DNA of 64,000 nt, taken from assembly GCA_965217585.1 (NCBI GenBank), contig OZ244561.1, positions 4,736,001 through 4,800,000 on the forward strand. The letters are read 5' to 3'. Origin of the DNA: Candidatus Latescibacterota bacterium (GTDB lineage: Bacteria; Latescibacterota; UBA2968; UBA8231). This document shows positions 17,447 to 27,065 of the stretch, piece by piece (position 1 is the stretch's first letter; every line of letters begins with the position of its first letter). The notes under the pieces were generated by a model. It had not been told where the DNA came from. It worked only from the letters and a program-made list of their open reading frames with translations, and did no database searches. Position numbers and translations under genes: made by a program.

Positions 17447-20400
17447 ATGAAAGCTGCAATCGTGTGTCTCATCGGATTAGTTTTCGCTGTCTCGGCGTCG
17501 GCGGAGCCGCTGCTTGAGGGGCGGGTGCGGCTGGCGTCTGGCGAACCGGTCGCCGATGCACAGGTGCGAATTTTTGATTTGAGCGACCTGCGGCAAGGAG
17601 CCATTGCCCGTGCCCTGACCGATGGCACGGGGTATTTCGCGTTGCCGTTAGCGGCCTTGGGGGGGAGGGCACTGCCGACGCGGTTTGAGTTAGGGCCGAA
17701 TTATCCCAATCCATTCAATCCCTCGACGATCATACCCTATCAACTGGCGGCTTCGGCCGAGGTGCGGCTGGAGGTGTTTAACCTATTAGGGCAGCGCATT
17801 ACGACGTTAGTGGATGGGGAGCGACCGGCAGGCTTTTATACGGCGACGTGGCACGCGACGGATGGGGCAGGCCGTGCGGTAGGGGCGGGGGTGTACATCT
17901 ATCGAATGACGGTGGGAGTGGAGAGCCAGACGGGTCGGATGGTGCTGGTTGATGGGCAAGCGGGTGTCTCGGCTGCGGGAGCTGCTTCTGTTTTGTCGGG
18001 TGTGTCTGGTGGTGGGTCGGATGGAGCGGAATCCCAGGTGTATGGGTTGATCGTCTCGGGTGAGGGGTTGGCTCCTTATGTGGATTCGTCGTTTCGGGTT
18101 GAAGCGGGTATGGCCCCTGTGGAGTTGATGGTGTCGTCGGGACCGCATTCGGCGGGTAAGGCCACGGACGACGACTGTGCCTTTTGCGACCTGTTCGACG
18201 GGCTCCACGACGGGCAGGAAGCAGAGGAAGCTCGCCCCAGCGGGAAGGCTCAGGCGATCCTCGAAGCGCCCTCCCCGCCGACCAACCTGCGATTCGATGC
18301 TCCTACGGACTCCTCCTGTACCGTCCGTTGGGATGCTGCCGATGGAGCGACCGACTACGACGTCAACTACAAGCCGGCGGTAGGAGGCCGGTGGACCAAC
18401 GAGCCGCATAGGGGGATTGGGCTATCCAACACGATCGACGATTTACAGCCCAATACGGAGTACCGTTGGGCGGTGCGGGCGGAAAACAGCGAGGGAACCT
18501 CGGAATGGATTCATGGGCCTAATTTTACGACGTTGCCATCCTCCGAAGATGATGGTTTGAGTGATGCGCCGGCTTCTCCGACCAACCTGCGATTCGATGC
18601 TCCTACGGACTCCTCCTGTACCGTCCGTTGGGATGCTGCCGATGGAGCGACCGACTACGACGTCAACTATAAGCCGGCGGTAGGAGGCCGGTGGACCATC
18701 GAGCCGCATAGGGGGATTGGGCTATCCAACACGATCGACGATTTACAGCCCAATACGGAGTATCGTTGGGCGGTGCGGGCGGAAAACAGCGAGGGAACCT
18801 CGGAATGGATTCATGGGCCTAATTTTACGACGTTGCCAGAGGAGGGACCGGATCTGATCGTTCAATCGCCTTCGGTCAGCGCCGTCGTGCTGACGCCGGG
18901 GCAGGCGTTCACCTTGAATGCCACCGTGCACAATCAAGGCGACGAGCAGGCCGCGGCGACGATGCTGCACTACTATCGCTCCAACAATTCGACGATTACT
19001 TCCAGTGACACGGAAGTGGGTACGGACGCAATAGATGCACTGGACGCCTCGGCCACTAGTGCGGAGTCGATTGCGTTGACCGCGCCAACGAGTGTAAGTG
19101 CCGAGGTGGGGATCTACTACGGCGCGTGTGTGGGCAGCGTCAGTGGCGAGAGCAATACCGATAACAACTGCTCCTCGGCTGTGAAGATCACGGTGAGCGG
19201 GCAGGTGGCGACGGAAGACGAGGACGACGAGGCAGAGGAAGAAGAAGAGGACGACGAGGCAGAGGAAGAAGAAGAGGACGACGAGGCAGAGGAAGAAGAG
19301 ATAGACGATACGCCAGTAACCATCCCCGACGCCAAGCTGCGGGCGGCGATTGCGGCGGCGCTGGGCAAGGCGAGGGGTGCGACGATTACCAAGGCTGAAA
19401 TGGAGACTTTGACCACCTTGGAGGCGGGGGAGGCGGGCATCAGCGATTTGACCGGGCTGGAGTATGCCATCAATCTGACAAGGCTGGACCTTTGGCTCAA
19501 CCACATTTCGGACGTCTCGCCGCTTTCGGGCTTGACCAACCTGACACTGCTGAATCTTGGAGGCAACCACATTTCGGACGTCTCGCCGCTTTCGGGCTTG
19601 ACCAACCTGGCATACCTGTATCTTAACGGCAACCACATTTCGGACGTCTCGCCGCTTTCGGGCTTGACCAGCCTGACAAGGCTGAGTCTTGGAGACAATA
19701 TTTCGGACATTTCGCCGCTTTCGGGCTTGACCAACCTGATACACCTGTATCTTTTCGGCAACAAGCTCACAGACATCTCGGCGCTTTCGGGCTTGACCAA
19801 CCTGACACAGCTGGGGCTTTCGGATAACCCCCTGAACGCCTCCTCCATCAACGATCACATTCCCGCCTTGCAGGCCCGAGGGGTTACGGTAGAGTTTGAT
19901 CCAGTGATCATAATCGACGACCCGACGCCGGTGACCATCCCCGACGCCAACTTGCGGGCGGCGATTGCGGCGGCGCTGGACAAGGCGAGGGGTGCGACGA
20001 TTACCAAGGGTGAAATGTCGACCTTGCTCATCTTGGACGCGCACGATGCGGGCATCAGCGATTTGACCAGACTAGAGTTTGCCACCAACCTGAAAGAGTT
20101 GTGGCTTTCCGGCAACAACATTTCGGACATTTCGGCGCTTTCGGGCTTGACCAACCTAGGAAGCCTGAGTCTTTTCGACAACAGTATTACGGACGTCTCG
20201 GCACTTTCGGGCTTGACCAACCTGACATACTTGGCTTTTAAAGGCAACAGGATCACGGATGTCTCGCCGCTTTCGGGCTTGACCAACCTGACACACCTGT
20301 ATCTTAACGGCAACAGGATCACGGATGTCTCGTCGCTTTCGGGCTTGACTAAGCTGATACGGCTGGAGCTTGGCGGCAACAGGATCACGGATGTCTCGCC

Positions 20401-21559
20401 GCTTTCGGGCTTGACCAACCTAGAAAGTCTGAGTCTTTGGTATTGCGACCTCACGGATGTCTCGGCACTTTCGGGCTTGACTAAGCTGATACGGCTGTGG
20501 CTTGGCGGCAACAGGATCACGGATGTCTCGCCGCTTTCGGGCTTGACCAACCTAGAAAGCCTGAATCTTGAGGTTAACAACATCACGGATATCTCGGCGC
20601 TGCGGGACTTAGCCGACCTGAGTATGAACAGTATGAGCCTTCGGGGAAACCCCCTAAATGTCTCCTCGGTCAAGGATTATATTCCTGCCCTTATTGGCCG
20701 CGGAGTTGAGGTCTACTTTGACCCCTTGCTCCGCGAGAGCGACTTTGACATCGAACTCGTTTTCCTCGACCGCTTCACCGAAGAGCAGAAGCGGGTGATC
20801 CAACATGCGGCTAGACGGTGGGCGTCGATTATTACGGAGGACCTGCCAGACCAAGAATTTACTCGAGGCTGGTCGGGTGCGTGTGGCGATCAGTTGTACG
20901 AGATTCCCCCCGGGGATCGGATAGACGACCTGCGGATCTATGTGATAAACCAACCTGGTAAGCGTTGGGGCGGTGTAATCTCGGTTCGCACGACCTCCAA
21001 TCTGCCCGTCGTAGGATGTATGTCGGTCAACGGAATTTCTTTGGATTCGGCGCTCCACGAGATAGGGCACGTGATGGGGATCGGGGCACTTTGGGGGGTT
21101 TCAGGCTTCCTTCAGGATTTCCCGGGTGCCGATCCGCACTTCAACGGCCCGCGGGCGATTGCCGCGTTTAACGCGGCGGGCGGACGCGGCTACGCGGGTG
21201 CGAAGGTGCCGGTGGCGGCGGAGACAGAGGGGAGAGGTGCCGGGAGCCACTGGAGGTCTTCCGTTTTTGCCGGACTCATGGATTGGGACGAACTTATGGA
21301 TTGGGCTGCTGTTAAGGGTAGTAGCCACGGAGCGCTGAGCGCAATCACGATTCAGTCGTTGGCCGATCTCGGCTACAGCGTTGATGTCACGCAGGCGGAC
21401 CCATATACCCTGCCCGGTGCCGCCGCGAAGGCAAGTGCGAAGGTCGCGGCTCCATCTACTCATGCACAGCCAGAGTTTTTGTGCGGCGTCGGCGAACAGC
21501 GGGAGCCAATTTACGTGGTCGATGAGCAGGGGTATATCATCCGCACCCTAGGCGACTGA
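17447..21559 (+). CDS. Large secreted mosaic protein: FlgD/CTD-like domain, 2x FN3, CARDB-like, acidic linker, internalin-like LRRs, C-terminal leishmanolysin-like zinc peptidase
   Basis: Signal peptide; NYPNPFNPST...GVYIYRM; LQPNTEYRWAVRA twice; PDLIVQSPSVS...ESNTDNNCS; 22-aa LSGLTNLxxLxLxxN repeats; HEIGHVMG, SHW and ELM motifs. Confidence 0.88.
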   Translation: MKAAIVCLIGLVFAVSASAEPLLEGRVRLASGEPVADAQVRIFDLSDLRQGAIARALTDGTGYFALPLAALGGRALPTRFELGPNYPNPFNPSTIIPYQLAASAEVRLEVFNLLGQRITTLVDGERPAGFYTATWHATDGAGRAVGAGVYIYRMTVGVESQTGRMVLVDGQAGVSAAGAASVLSGVSGGGSDGAESQVYGLIVSGEGLAPYVDSSFRVEAGMAPVELMVSSGPHSAGKATDDDCAFCDLFDGLHDGQEAEEARPSGKAQAILEAPSPPTNLRFDAPTDSSCTVRWDAADGATDYDVNYKPAVGGRWTNEPHRGIGLSNTIDDLQPNTEYRWAVRAENSEGTSEWIHGPNFTTLPSSEDDGLSDAPASPTNLRFDAPTDSSCTVRWDAADGATDYDVNYKPAVGGRWTIEPHRGIGLSNTIDDLQPNTEYRWAVRAENSEGTSEWIHGPNFTTLPEEGPDLIVQSPSVSAVVLTPGQAFTLNATVHNQGDEQAAATMLHYYRSNNSTITSSDTEVGTDAIDALDASATSAESIALTAPTSVSAEVGIYYGACVGSVSGESNTDNNCSSAVKITVSGQVATEDEDDEAEEEEEDDEAEEEEEDDEAEEEEIDDTPVTIPDAKLRAAIAAALGKARGATITKAEMETLTTLEAGEAGISDLTGLEYAINLTRLDLWLNHISDVSPLSGLTNLTLLNLGGNHISDVSPLSGLTNLAYLYLNGNHISDVSPLSGLTSLTRLSLGDNISDISPLSGLTNLIHLYLFGNKLTDISALSGLTNLTQLGLSDNPLNASSINDHIPALQARGVTVEFDPVIIIDDPTPVTIPDANLRAAIAAALDKARGATITKGEMSTLLILDAHDAGISDLTRLEFATNLKELWLSGNNISDISALSGLTNLGSLSLFDNSITDVSALSGLTNLTYLAFKGNRITDVSPLSGLTNLTHLYLNGNRITDVSSLSGLTKLIRLELGGNRITDVSPLSGLTNLESLSLWYCDLTDVSALSGLTKLIRLWLGGNRITDVSPLSGLTNLESLNLEVNNITDISALRDLADLSMNSMSLRGNPLNVSSVKDYIPALIGRGVEVYFDPLLRESDFDIELVFLDRFTEEQKRVIQHAARRWASIITEDLPDQEFTRGWSGACGDQLYEIPPGDRIDDLRIYVINQPGKRWGGVISVRTTSNLPVVGCMSVNGISLDSALHEIGHVMGIGALWGVSGFLQDFPGADPHFNGPRAIAAFNAAGGRGYAGAKVPVAAETEGRGAGSHWRSSVFAGLMDWDELMDWAAVKGSSHGALSAITIQSLADLGYSVDVTQADPYTLPGAAAKASAKVAAPSTHAQPEFLCGVGEQREPIYVVDEQGYIIRTLGD
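18278..18838 (+). repeat. Two near-identical 261-bp FN3-coding repeats, period 300 bp
   Basis: 18278-18538 versus 18578-18838; three mismatches seen by eye. Confidence 0.93.
19220..19300 (+). repeat. 3 x 27-bp tandem repeat encoding EDDEAEEEE
   Basis: Unit gaggacgacgaggcagaggaagaagaa at 19220, 19247 and 19274. Confidence 0.92.
19440..20660 (+). repeat. Two arrays of ~66-bp LRR-coding repeats
   Basis: Recurrent ctttcgggcttgaccaacct core; each array is preceded by a duplicated cap TPVTIPDAxLRAAIAAAL. Confidence 0.9.
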
Positions 21560-21637
21560 ATATGCGCTAGTGGGTACGATAGCCCGGGACCAAGAGACTG
21601 GTGAGCAGCACTGACGCCATAGGGGCGACCGGCCGCC

Positions 21638-23014
21638 TTAGTGCTCCTGCCTGAGCCGGTCCAGCAGGCGGCCCAGTTGTCCCACCAAGTAAAGCGGCAG
21701 CGAGAGCAAGGTCATTTCCACGCTCTGCTGCGTTCCGCTTACTTGGTGCCGGATGGACTGGACGGTGGGCGGATTGAGGTCGAAGCGCACCGCGAGGCGC
21801 GTCCCTTTGGCCAAGGCGAACTGGTGCAGCGAACGCAGGGTGCCGCTGGTTCCGGCTTTGACTTCGACCGGCACGATCCAAGCCCCCCGGGCAATCGCGT
21901 AGTCAACTTCGGCGTTGGCACTTTTCCCTTCCCGCAGCCAGTAGTTCAAACGGGGCGTTTCCCGACCCTCTTCTAAGTAGAGTAGGTGTTGCCCGACGAA
22001 CTGTTCGGCCAAGGCTCCTTCATTGACCAGTCGGCGGTCGTCCAAGTCCTTCAGAGCCAGCCAGTCTAGTCCGCACAGACGGTTCATCAGGCCGATGTCC
22101 AAAAAGAGAAGTTTGTAGGTCTTCCAATCGACATCGGCGTGGATAGGCACCCCAGAACAGGCACTGTGGAAGACGGGTGCAATGACCCGGGCCTTGGCCA
22201 GCAAGTCAATGGCGGTCCGCAGTTCGCGGGCGGTCTCCTCGCGGTGGATCTGGGTGTATTTGACTTTGCGACCCACGGCGCGGGGAACGTAGTTGAAGAT
22301 CCGCTGCAAGCGCAGCCGGACTCGGGCGGAGGCGTACTTGGCGAAATCGTCTTGGTAGGTATCGACGATGGACTGATGCACAGGCGTTACGTCGGCAAAG
22401 CGGCGGGTGGAGCTATATGCGGCTACGGCTTCGGGCATCCCACCCACCAGCAAGTATTCCCGCTGATAGGCCGACAAGCGGGTGTGGACGGTATGGGGTA
22501 GGGGATGCTCAAAGGTGTAGTCTTGCAGATAGGCCAAGAGGGGCGGGTCCAGTTCGGCGAGAAATTCTTCAAAGCTCATCGGGCCAAGATGGAAGTATTG
22601 AATGCGCCCTACCGGCATGGTAAAGGCGTGTTGCGAGAGGACGAATTCGAGTAGGGAGCCAGCGGCGATAACCGGCAGTTCGGGGTGATCTTCGAAGAAA
22701 TAGCGCAGGGCGGGCAGGGCGTGGGGGGTCGCTTGGATTTCGTCGAGAAAGAGTAGGCTGCCCGCTGCCAACAGCGGTTGACCCAGCAGCCCTTCGAGTT
22801 CGCGGCGGATGCGCGTCAGGTCCAAGGTCTGGAAGATGGGTTCCAAGTCTGGGTGACGCTCAAGGTTGATTTCGTTGAGGTGCAGGCGATGGGACTGGGC
22901 GAATTGCCGCACTAGGGTGGATTTGCCCACTTGGCGGGCACCGCGGATGACCAGCGGTTTTCGCTGTGGGGTGGCAAACCATTGGGCCAGAGCACGTTCA
23001 GCCGATCTATACAT
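21638..23014 (-). CDS. AAA+ ATPase with DUF4143-type C-terminal nuclease-like domain
   Basis: GARQVGKS Walker A, LLFLDEIQ Walker B, YLLVGGMPE, EVDY...PVEVK; start moved to MYRSAER. Confidence 0.9.
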   Translation of the reverse strand: MYRSAERALAQWFATPQRKPLVIRGARQVGKSTLVRQFAQSHRLHLNEINLERHPDLEPIFQTLDLTRIRRELEGLLGQPLLAAGSLLFLDEIQATPHALPALRYFFEDHPELPVIAAGSLLEFVLSQHAFTMPVGRIQYFHLGPMSFEEFLAELDPPLLAYLQDYTFEHPLPHTVHTRLSAYQREYLLVGGMPEAVAAYSSTRRFADVTPVHQSIVDTYQDDFAKYASARVRLRLQRIFNYVPRAVGRKVKYTQIHREETARELRTAIDLLAKARVIAPVFHSACSGVPIHADVDWKTYKLLFLDIGLMNRLCGLDWLALKDLDDRRLVNEGALAEQFVGQHLLYLEEGRETPRLNYWLREGKSANAEVDYAIARGAWIVPVEVKAGTSGTLRSLHQFALAKGTRLAVRFDLNPPTVQSIRHQVSGTQQSVEMTLLSLPLYLVGQLGRLLDRLRQEH

Positions 23015-23022
23015 AATGTATA

Positions 23023-23071
23023 AAAATGCCCCCTTTTTCGTACATACAATGTACAAAAAAGGGGGCATTTT
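23023..23071. promoter_or_regulatory. 23-bp inverted repeat (one mismatch, 3-nt loop); terminator and/or operator
   Basis: aaaatgccccctttttcgtacat-aca-atgtacaaaaaagggggcatttt between the OPT-like stop and the ATPase start. Confidence 0.75.
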
Positions 23072-23092
23072 ACAACCTGATGTTACGCACCC

Positions 23093-25081
23093 TCAAAACA
23101 CAATGCTCGACACCGCTTTAGAAATCAGCGCCAGCGCGATGGAAGACATGCCGACCAAGCCCATTCCGCACGAATAGCCCGCCAAGAGAATCGGCGCGTA
23201 CGCCCGCCAGCGCGCCTCGCCGAAGCGCTTCTGCAAGTGATAGCGGCCCAGCAACGCGCCGATGAAATTGGGCAGCAGAAAGTGCGGCCACGCGCCCACG
23301 CCGCCGATGAATCCGTAGAACAGGGCGACCGGCCAGCGCAAGAGCGCCAGCCCGCCCAAAATCCCCGCGCTGCCCAGCGCACCCGTGAGTACGTATTCCC
23401 AGCGAATGATGGTCCTGATCAGCTCGTTGCCGCCCTCGGCGAGGGTCGATTTGGCCCAGAACGCCTGCATGGTGGCGTGGAAGGGCCAAAACTTCTGCAC
23501 GTAGGGATAGGCCGTCGAGGGAATCGGCCCGAGCTTCCAGATAAAAGACCAGAACACAAACGAGCAGACGAACATGATTAGCAAAGTAACGCCGGCCAGC
23601 TTGACGATGCTGCCGAAGTGGGTGCGGGTCAGTTCAAGTTGCTTGAAGGCCGCGGCTTCGTAGCCCCACTGGAAGAGCGGAATCGGCGCGAACCACACGG
23701 CCGCACCCTGATAGCCCGACAGGTAAAAGGAACCTTCGCGCAGATAGGGGAAGGACGCCCCTTGCGGCGAGCCGGTCAGGCCGATCATGCGCGCCCCGAT
23801 GTACGAGTAAATCGGCGTCCACACAAAGCCGAAGAACGCGCTGATCCACCAGGGAAATTCCGGCACCAAATACCACACCAAGAACACAAAGCCGAGCGTA
23901 CTCACCGCCCAGATGCCCAAGGCGAGGGGGATGGGGATGTCGCCGCGGCCCTCGGTTAGAATCTCGTCGTCGTCCTCCCGCTTAACCCCGCGCAAAGTCC
24001 ACAGGGTCTTGCCCACCATGGCAAAACCCATCACGGCCACGAGGACTGCGCCGCCAATGGAGAAGCTGAGCCAGAAGTCGAAGGAATTGGCGATCTGCGT
24101 TGGAATCGCCGACATGCCCGGCTCCCAGGTGTGCAGCACGTCGTAGGCGTAGAGCACCGGGTTGACGAGGATGTTGACGAGGAAGGCTGCGGCAAAGGAG
24201 CCGACCACGATCCAAAAGGGCAGGACAAAGCCGACCATGACGTGCCCGAGGTCGGTGCCAATGCCCATGATGCTGGCCGGCAGCATTTCCTTGAGCGAGA
24301 CGGTCAGGTCGATAAACGGAATCGGCAGGATCGTCACCGTTTCGGTAAAGAAAATGCCCGAGATCGTGGGGATGACCACGTAGAACAGCCCCCAGATAAT
24401 GCCGATAAAGGCTCCGACGCTAAAGACCTCCCAGCGCCAGCCTTGACTCGGTCCCGAGCTCTCGGCGAGGGCAGTCGCGCCGCCGGCCTGCACCGCAGCG
24501 AGCGGGTACGGCAGGCGCTCGATGTCGTTGGTGATGCGGAAGAGCACGTAGCCCAAAGACAGGCTGTTGACCTTCTGCATCACGATGACGGTCAGCAGCA
24601 GGGCGATGGGCTTGAGCCAGTCGGGGTGCATAAAGGAGCGCCCCTCTAGGGCTTGTGAGCCGCGCGGCGGCACCACCCAATCGGGGATGTACTGATGCAA
24701 GCCGTCGGCTTGGGGCGATTGGATCAAGTACTGGTCCCAGATCAGCCCGCCAAAAGGCCCGCCGAACAGCTCGGCCCCGGTGCCCAACTTGCCGCCCATC
24801 ACGACCAAGCCGCCGGCCACCCAATAGAGGATGATCACCTCTTGGGTGCGCAGGCGCACAAAGGAGCGCTTGGCGATTTCGATGAAGAGGATGAGCGTCA
24901 CCCACTCGGCACCGCCGGCCATGCTCTGGCCGGTCACCAACCCCAAGTAGATGGCCCCCGGCAGCATGATGAAGCCGACAAAGAGCGCGGCCCACAAGGT
25001 CTTGATGTTGAAGCCCGGTTCAAATTGGAGGTCCGAGGGGATCAGCTCGGGCGCTTTTTCTTTTTTATCGTCTTGAGCCAT
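23093..25081 (-). CDS. OPT-like (peptide-transporter-type) multi-pass membrane protein
   Basis: Starts MAQDDKKEKAP at ATG 25081, 2 nt after the upstream stop; FRITNDIERLPYPLA motif; many TM segments. Confidence 0.75.
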   Translation of the reverse strand: MAQDDKKEKAPELIPSDLQFEPGFNIKTLWAALFVGFIMLPGAIYLGLVTGQSMAGGAEWVTLILFIEIAKRSFVRLRTQEVIILYWVAGGLVVMGGKLGTGAELFGGPFGGLIWDQYLIQSPQADGLHQYIPDWVVPPRGSQALEGRSFMHPDWLKPIALLLTVIVMQKVNSLSLGYVLFRITNDIERLPYPLAAVQAGGATALAESSGPSQGWRWEVFSVGAFIGIIWGLFYVVIPTISGIFFTETVTILPIPFIDLTVSLKEMLPASIMGIGTDLGHVMVGFVLPFWIVVGSFAAAFLVNILVNPVLYAYDVLHTWEPGMSAIPTQIANSFDFWLSFSIGGAVLVAVMGFAMVGKTLWTLRGVKREDDDEILTEGRGDIPIPLALGIWAVSTLGFVFLVWYLVPEFPWWISAFFGFVWTPIYSYIGARMIGLTGSPQGASFPYLREGSFYLSGYQGAAVWFAPIPLFQWGYEAAAFKQLELTRTHFGSIVKLAGVTLLIMFVCSFVFWSFIWKLGPIPSTAYPYVQKFWPFHATMQAFWAKSTLAEGGNELIRTIIRWEYVLTGALGSAGILGGLALLRWPVALFYGFIGGVGAWPHFLLPNFIGALLGRYHLQKRFGEARWRAYAPILLAGYSCGMGLVGMSSIALALISKAVSSIVF

Positions 25082-25083
25082 GG

Positions 25084-26994
25084 CTAGTTTCCGTATAGCG
25101 GGTGCCCCTGCCCGGGGAACCAAATCATATCGATGCAAAAGGACAGGCCAATCCCGGTAAAGTACCCGAGGATGAGGCCAATGAAAAAGGGCTGGGCACG
25201 CTGGTAGAGGCCGATGCCGCCCGAGCGCATGATGGCCCATTTGGCCAGCCAAGAGACGAAGATCGAAAAGACGATAATGGTCATGGGGTAGGAACAAATG
25301 CCGACCGGCATCCCAATCGGGTGCAGGGGCCACCACGGGAAGCGGTAGCGCATAAAGGTCAGCAGTCCCATTGCGCCCGCGCCACTGACGAGGTGGCCCA
25401 ACCGCGTCCAATCCGGGGCCTTGAGGTCGATTTTGCGCAGGCTTTCCACGTAGGGCACTTGCGATCCCGTGCCGAAGATCCAACCCCCGTAATTGTACGC
25501 GCCAAAGGAGTAGCCCATGTAGAGCGCGAAGGCCATGGAGACGACGAGGGCCACCAGCGCCGAGAGGAGGATGTAGAAGCTCAGCCAGCGGCGGTTGCCG
25601 CGGATGTAGCCGGACACTTTGGCGCTGTTGGCCGCGGCGACCATGAAAAAGCCCTTGAGCTCGTGGTGCCAGCCGTAGGACAGCCCCATGGCGATGTTAC
25701 TCTGCGCGGTGGCGTGCGGCCCGAGCGCGTAGCCGACGAAGGTCTGGCCGACTAGCGGGGCGCGGCTGAAGAGCAAGCCGCCCTCCATGATGATGCGCGT
25801 AATGCCGACGTAGAGGACCAAGGTGGCCAAGATGAAGAGCGCGACCGTGGGCGGGTTCATGCCGGCTCGCCACATCCAGAAGGCGATATAGAGCAGGGCC
25901 AGGCCGCCGCCAAAGACGATCATCCGGTAGGACATCAGCTCGTCAGAGTCGTCGATGTCCGCATCGTTGCGCACGGCTTTGCGCCAGATCGCGCCGAGGT
26001 GTCCGCGCGCCATCCACAACATGCCGACGACGAGGGCGATCAGCGCGCCGAAAGACTGCCAGCCGATGCCAGGGTGCCCGAGGGTGTACACGTCGCGGCC
26101 GGCAATGGTGTAGCCAAAGCGGTTGAATAGGCCCTCTTGCAGCATGGTGAGCGTGGTGAAAAACCACATGCTGAAGGACACGTCGAGATTGACGAAGTAC
26201 GTGAAGCCGACGATGGCCCAGTTGATATTGGTATTGATGGCGGGAAATTCGCGGCCAATGCGGATGGGGTCGGACAGGTCGCGTGGGATGGGTGGAAAGG
26301 CCGGGGTAAAGTACGTGACTACATTCCACATAACCATGCAGAAGGGCAGGGCAAAGCCGAACCAGAACGCCTTTTGGCGCACGAAGCTGGGCCAGTTAGA
26401 GCCGCGCGGCGGGGCGATGAGTTGTTGGGGCAATTCCATCAGGGCGAAGGGCAGGCGCTCGTATTCGACCCACTGCTTGCGCAGGGCCGCGACCAGACAC
26501 TGACACAAAAAGAAGATGGCCATCACCAAGCTGGTCCACCAAAAAAACGGACCTATCCAAGCACCCCAAGGGATGGATTCGCCCGCGGGCAGGCCGTTGT
26601 AGAACCACTTGAGGGCAATCGCGTCGTTGGGCACCAGCCATTCCTCGATGTACTGCACTACTTTGCTCTGCCACTGATTCTCGGGCGAGGCAAAGTACTG
26701 GGGGGCGGCGACGACCGCGATCATGTATGTGGAAGTACCCCAGGTGGGAATCGAGGCCCCCACCAAGGACATAGTGAAGATGAGGCCGAGTTCGCTGGTG
26801 CCTAGGCCGCGCACTTTTAGCAGCGACTTGGCCGTGGCGTTGAGAAAGACCAAGCCGGTAAAGAGAAAGACCACGCTCAAGGGCAGGTAGCTGATCGCCC
26901 ACTGCGAGGACTTGAGGATGAACATGCTGTACGGAGCCCCGATGTTGATCAGGACCACGAGGCCCAAGCCGATGAGAAAGGCGCGTGCGGTCAT
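25084..26994 (-). CDS. DUF6785/DUF6784-type multi-pass membrane protein
   Basis: LRKQWVEYERLPFAL, WWPLHPIG, PFFIGLILG; paralog of 7114-9078. Confidence 0.78.
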   Translation of the reverse strand: MTARAFLIGLGLVVLINIGAPYSMFILKSSQWAISYLPLSVVFLFTGLVFLNATAKSLLKVRGLGTSELGLIFTMSLVGASIPTWGTSTYMIAVVAAPQYFASPENQWQSKVVQYIEEWLVPNDAIALKWFYNGLPAGESIPWGAWIGPFFWWTSLVMAIFFLCQCLVAALRKQWVEYERLPFALMELPQQLIAPPRGSNWPSFVRQKAFWFGFALPFCMVMWNVVTYFTPAFPPIPRDLSDPIRIGREFPAINTNINWAIVGFTYFVNLDVSFSMWFFTTLTMLQEGLFNRFGYTIAGRDVYTLGHPGIGWQSFGALIALVVGMLWMARGHLGAIWRKAVRNDADIDDSDELMSYRMIVFGGGLALLYIAFWMWRAGMNPPTVALFILATLVLYVGITRIIMEGGLLFSRAPLVGQTFVGYALGPHATAQSNIAMGLSYGWHHELKGFFMVAAANSAKVSGYIRGNRRWLSFYILLSALVALVVSMAFALYMGYSFGAYNYGGWIFGTGSQVPYVESLRKIDLKAPDWTRLGHLVSGAGAMGLLTFMRYRFPWWPLHPIGMPVGICSYPMTIIVFSIFVSWLAKWAIMRSGGIGLYQRAQPFFIGLILGYFTGIGLSFCIDMIWFPGQGHPLYGN

Positions 26995-27065
26995 GTCGGC
27001 GGTCCGGTGCAGTGCTGTCTGCCCTCAGTACTGGTTAGAGACGGGGATTTGTTGTTTTGGCTTTG

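Noticed and set aside
19440-20660. CRISPR-like periodicity (conserved block plus variable block, ~66 bp)
   Set aside because: The repeats are in-frame LRR codons inside a 1370-aa ORF, the variable parts resemble each other, and there are no cas genes.
18743-20673. Long minus-strand repetitive ORFs (433, 244 and 272 aa)
   Set aside because: They are antisense reflections of the LRR and acidic repeats.
21638-23014. AAA ATPase as the missing energiser of the FtsX-like permease
   Set aside because: It lacks the ABC signature, has no membrane link, belongs to the stand-alone DUF4143 type and is separated by a strong palindrome.
25082-25483. N-terminal extension of the 796-aa ORF
   Set aside because: It overlaps the upstream gene in another frame; ATG 25081 lies 2 nt after that gene's stop.
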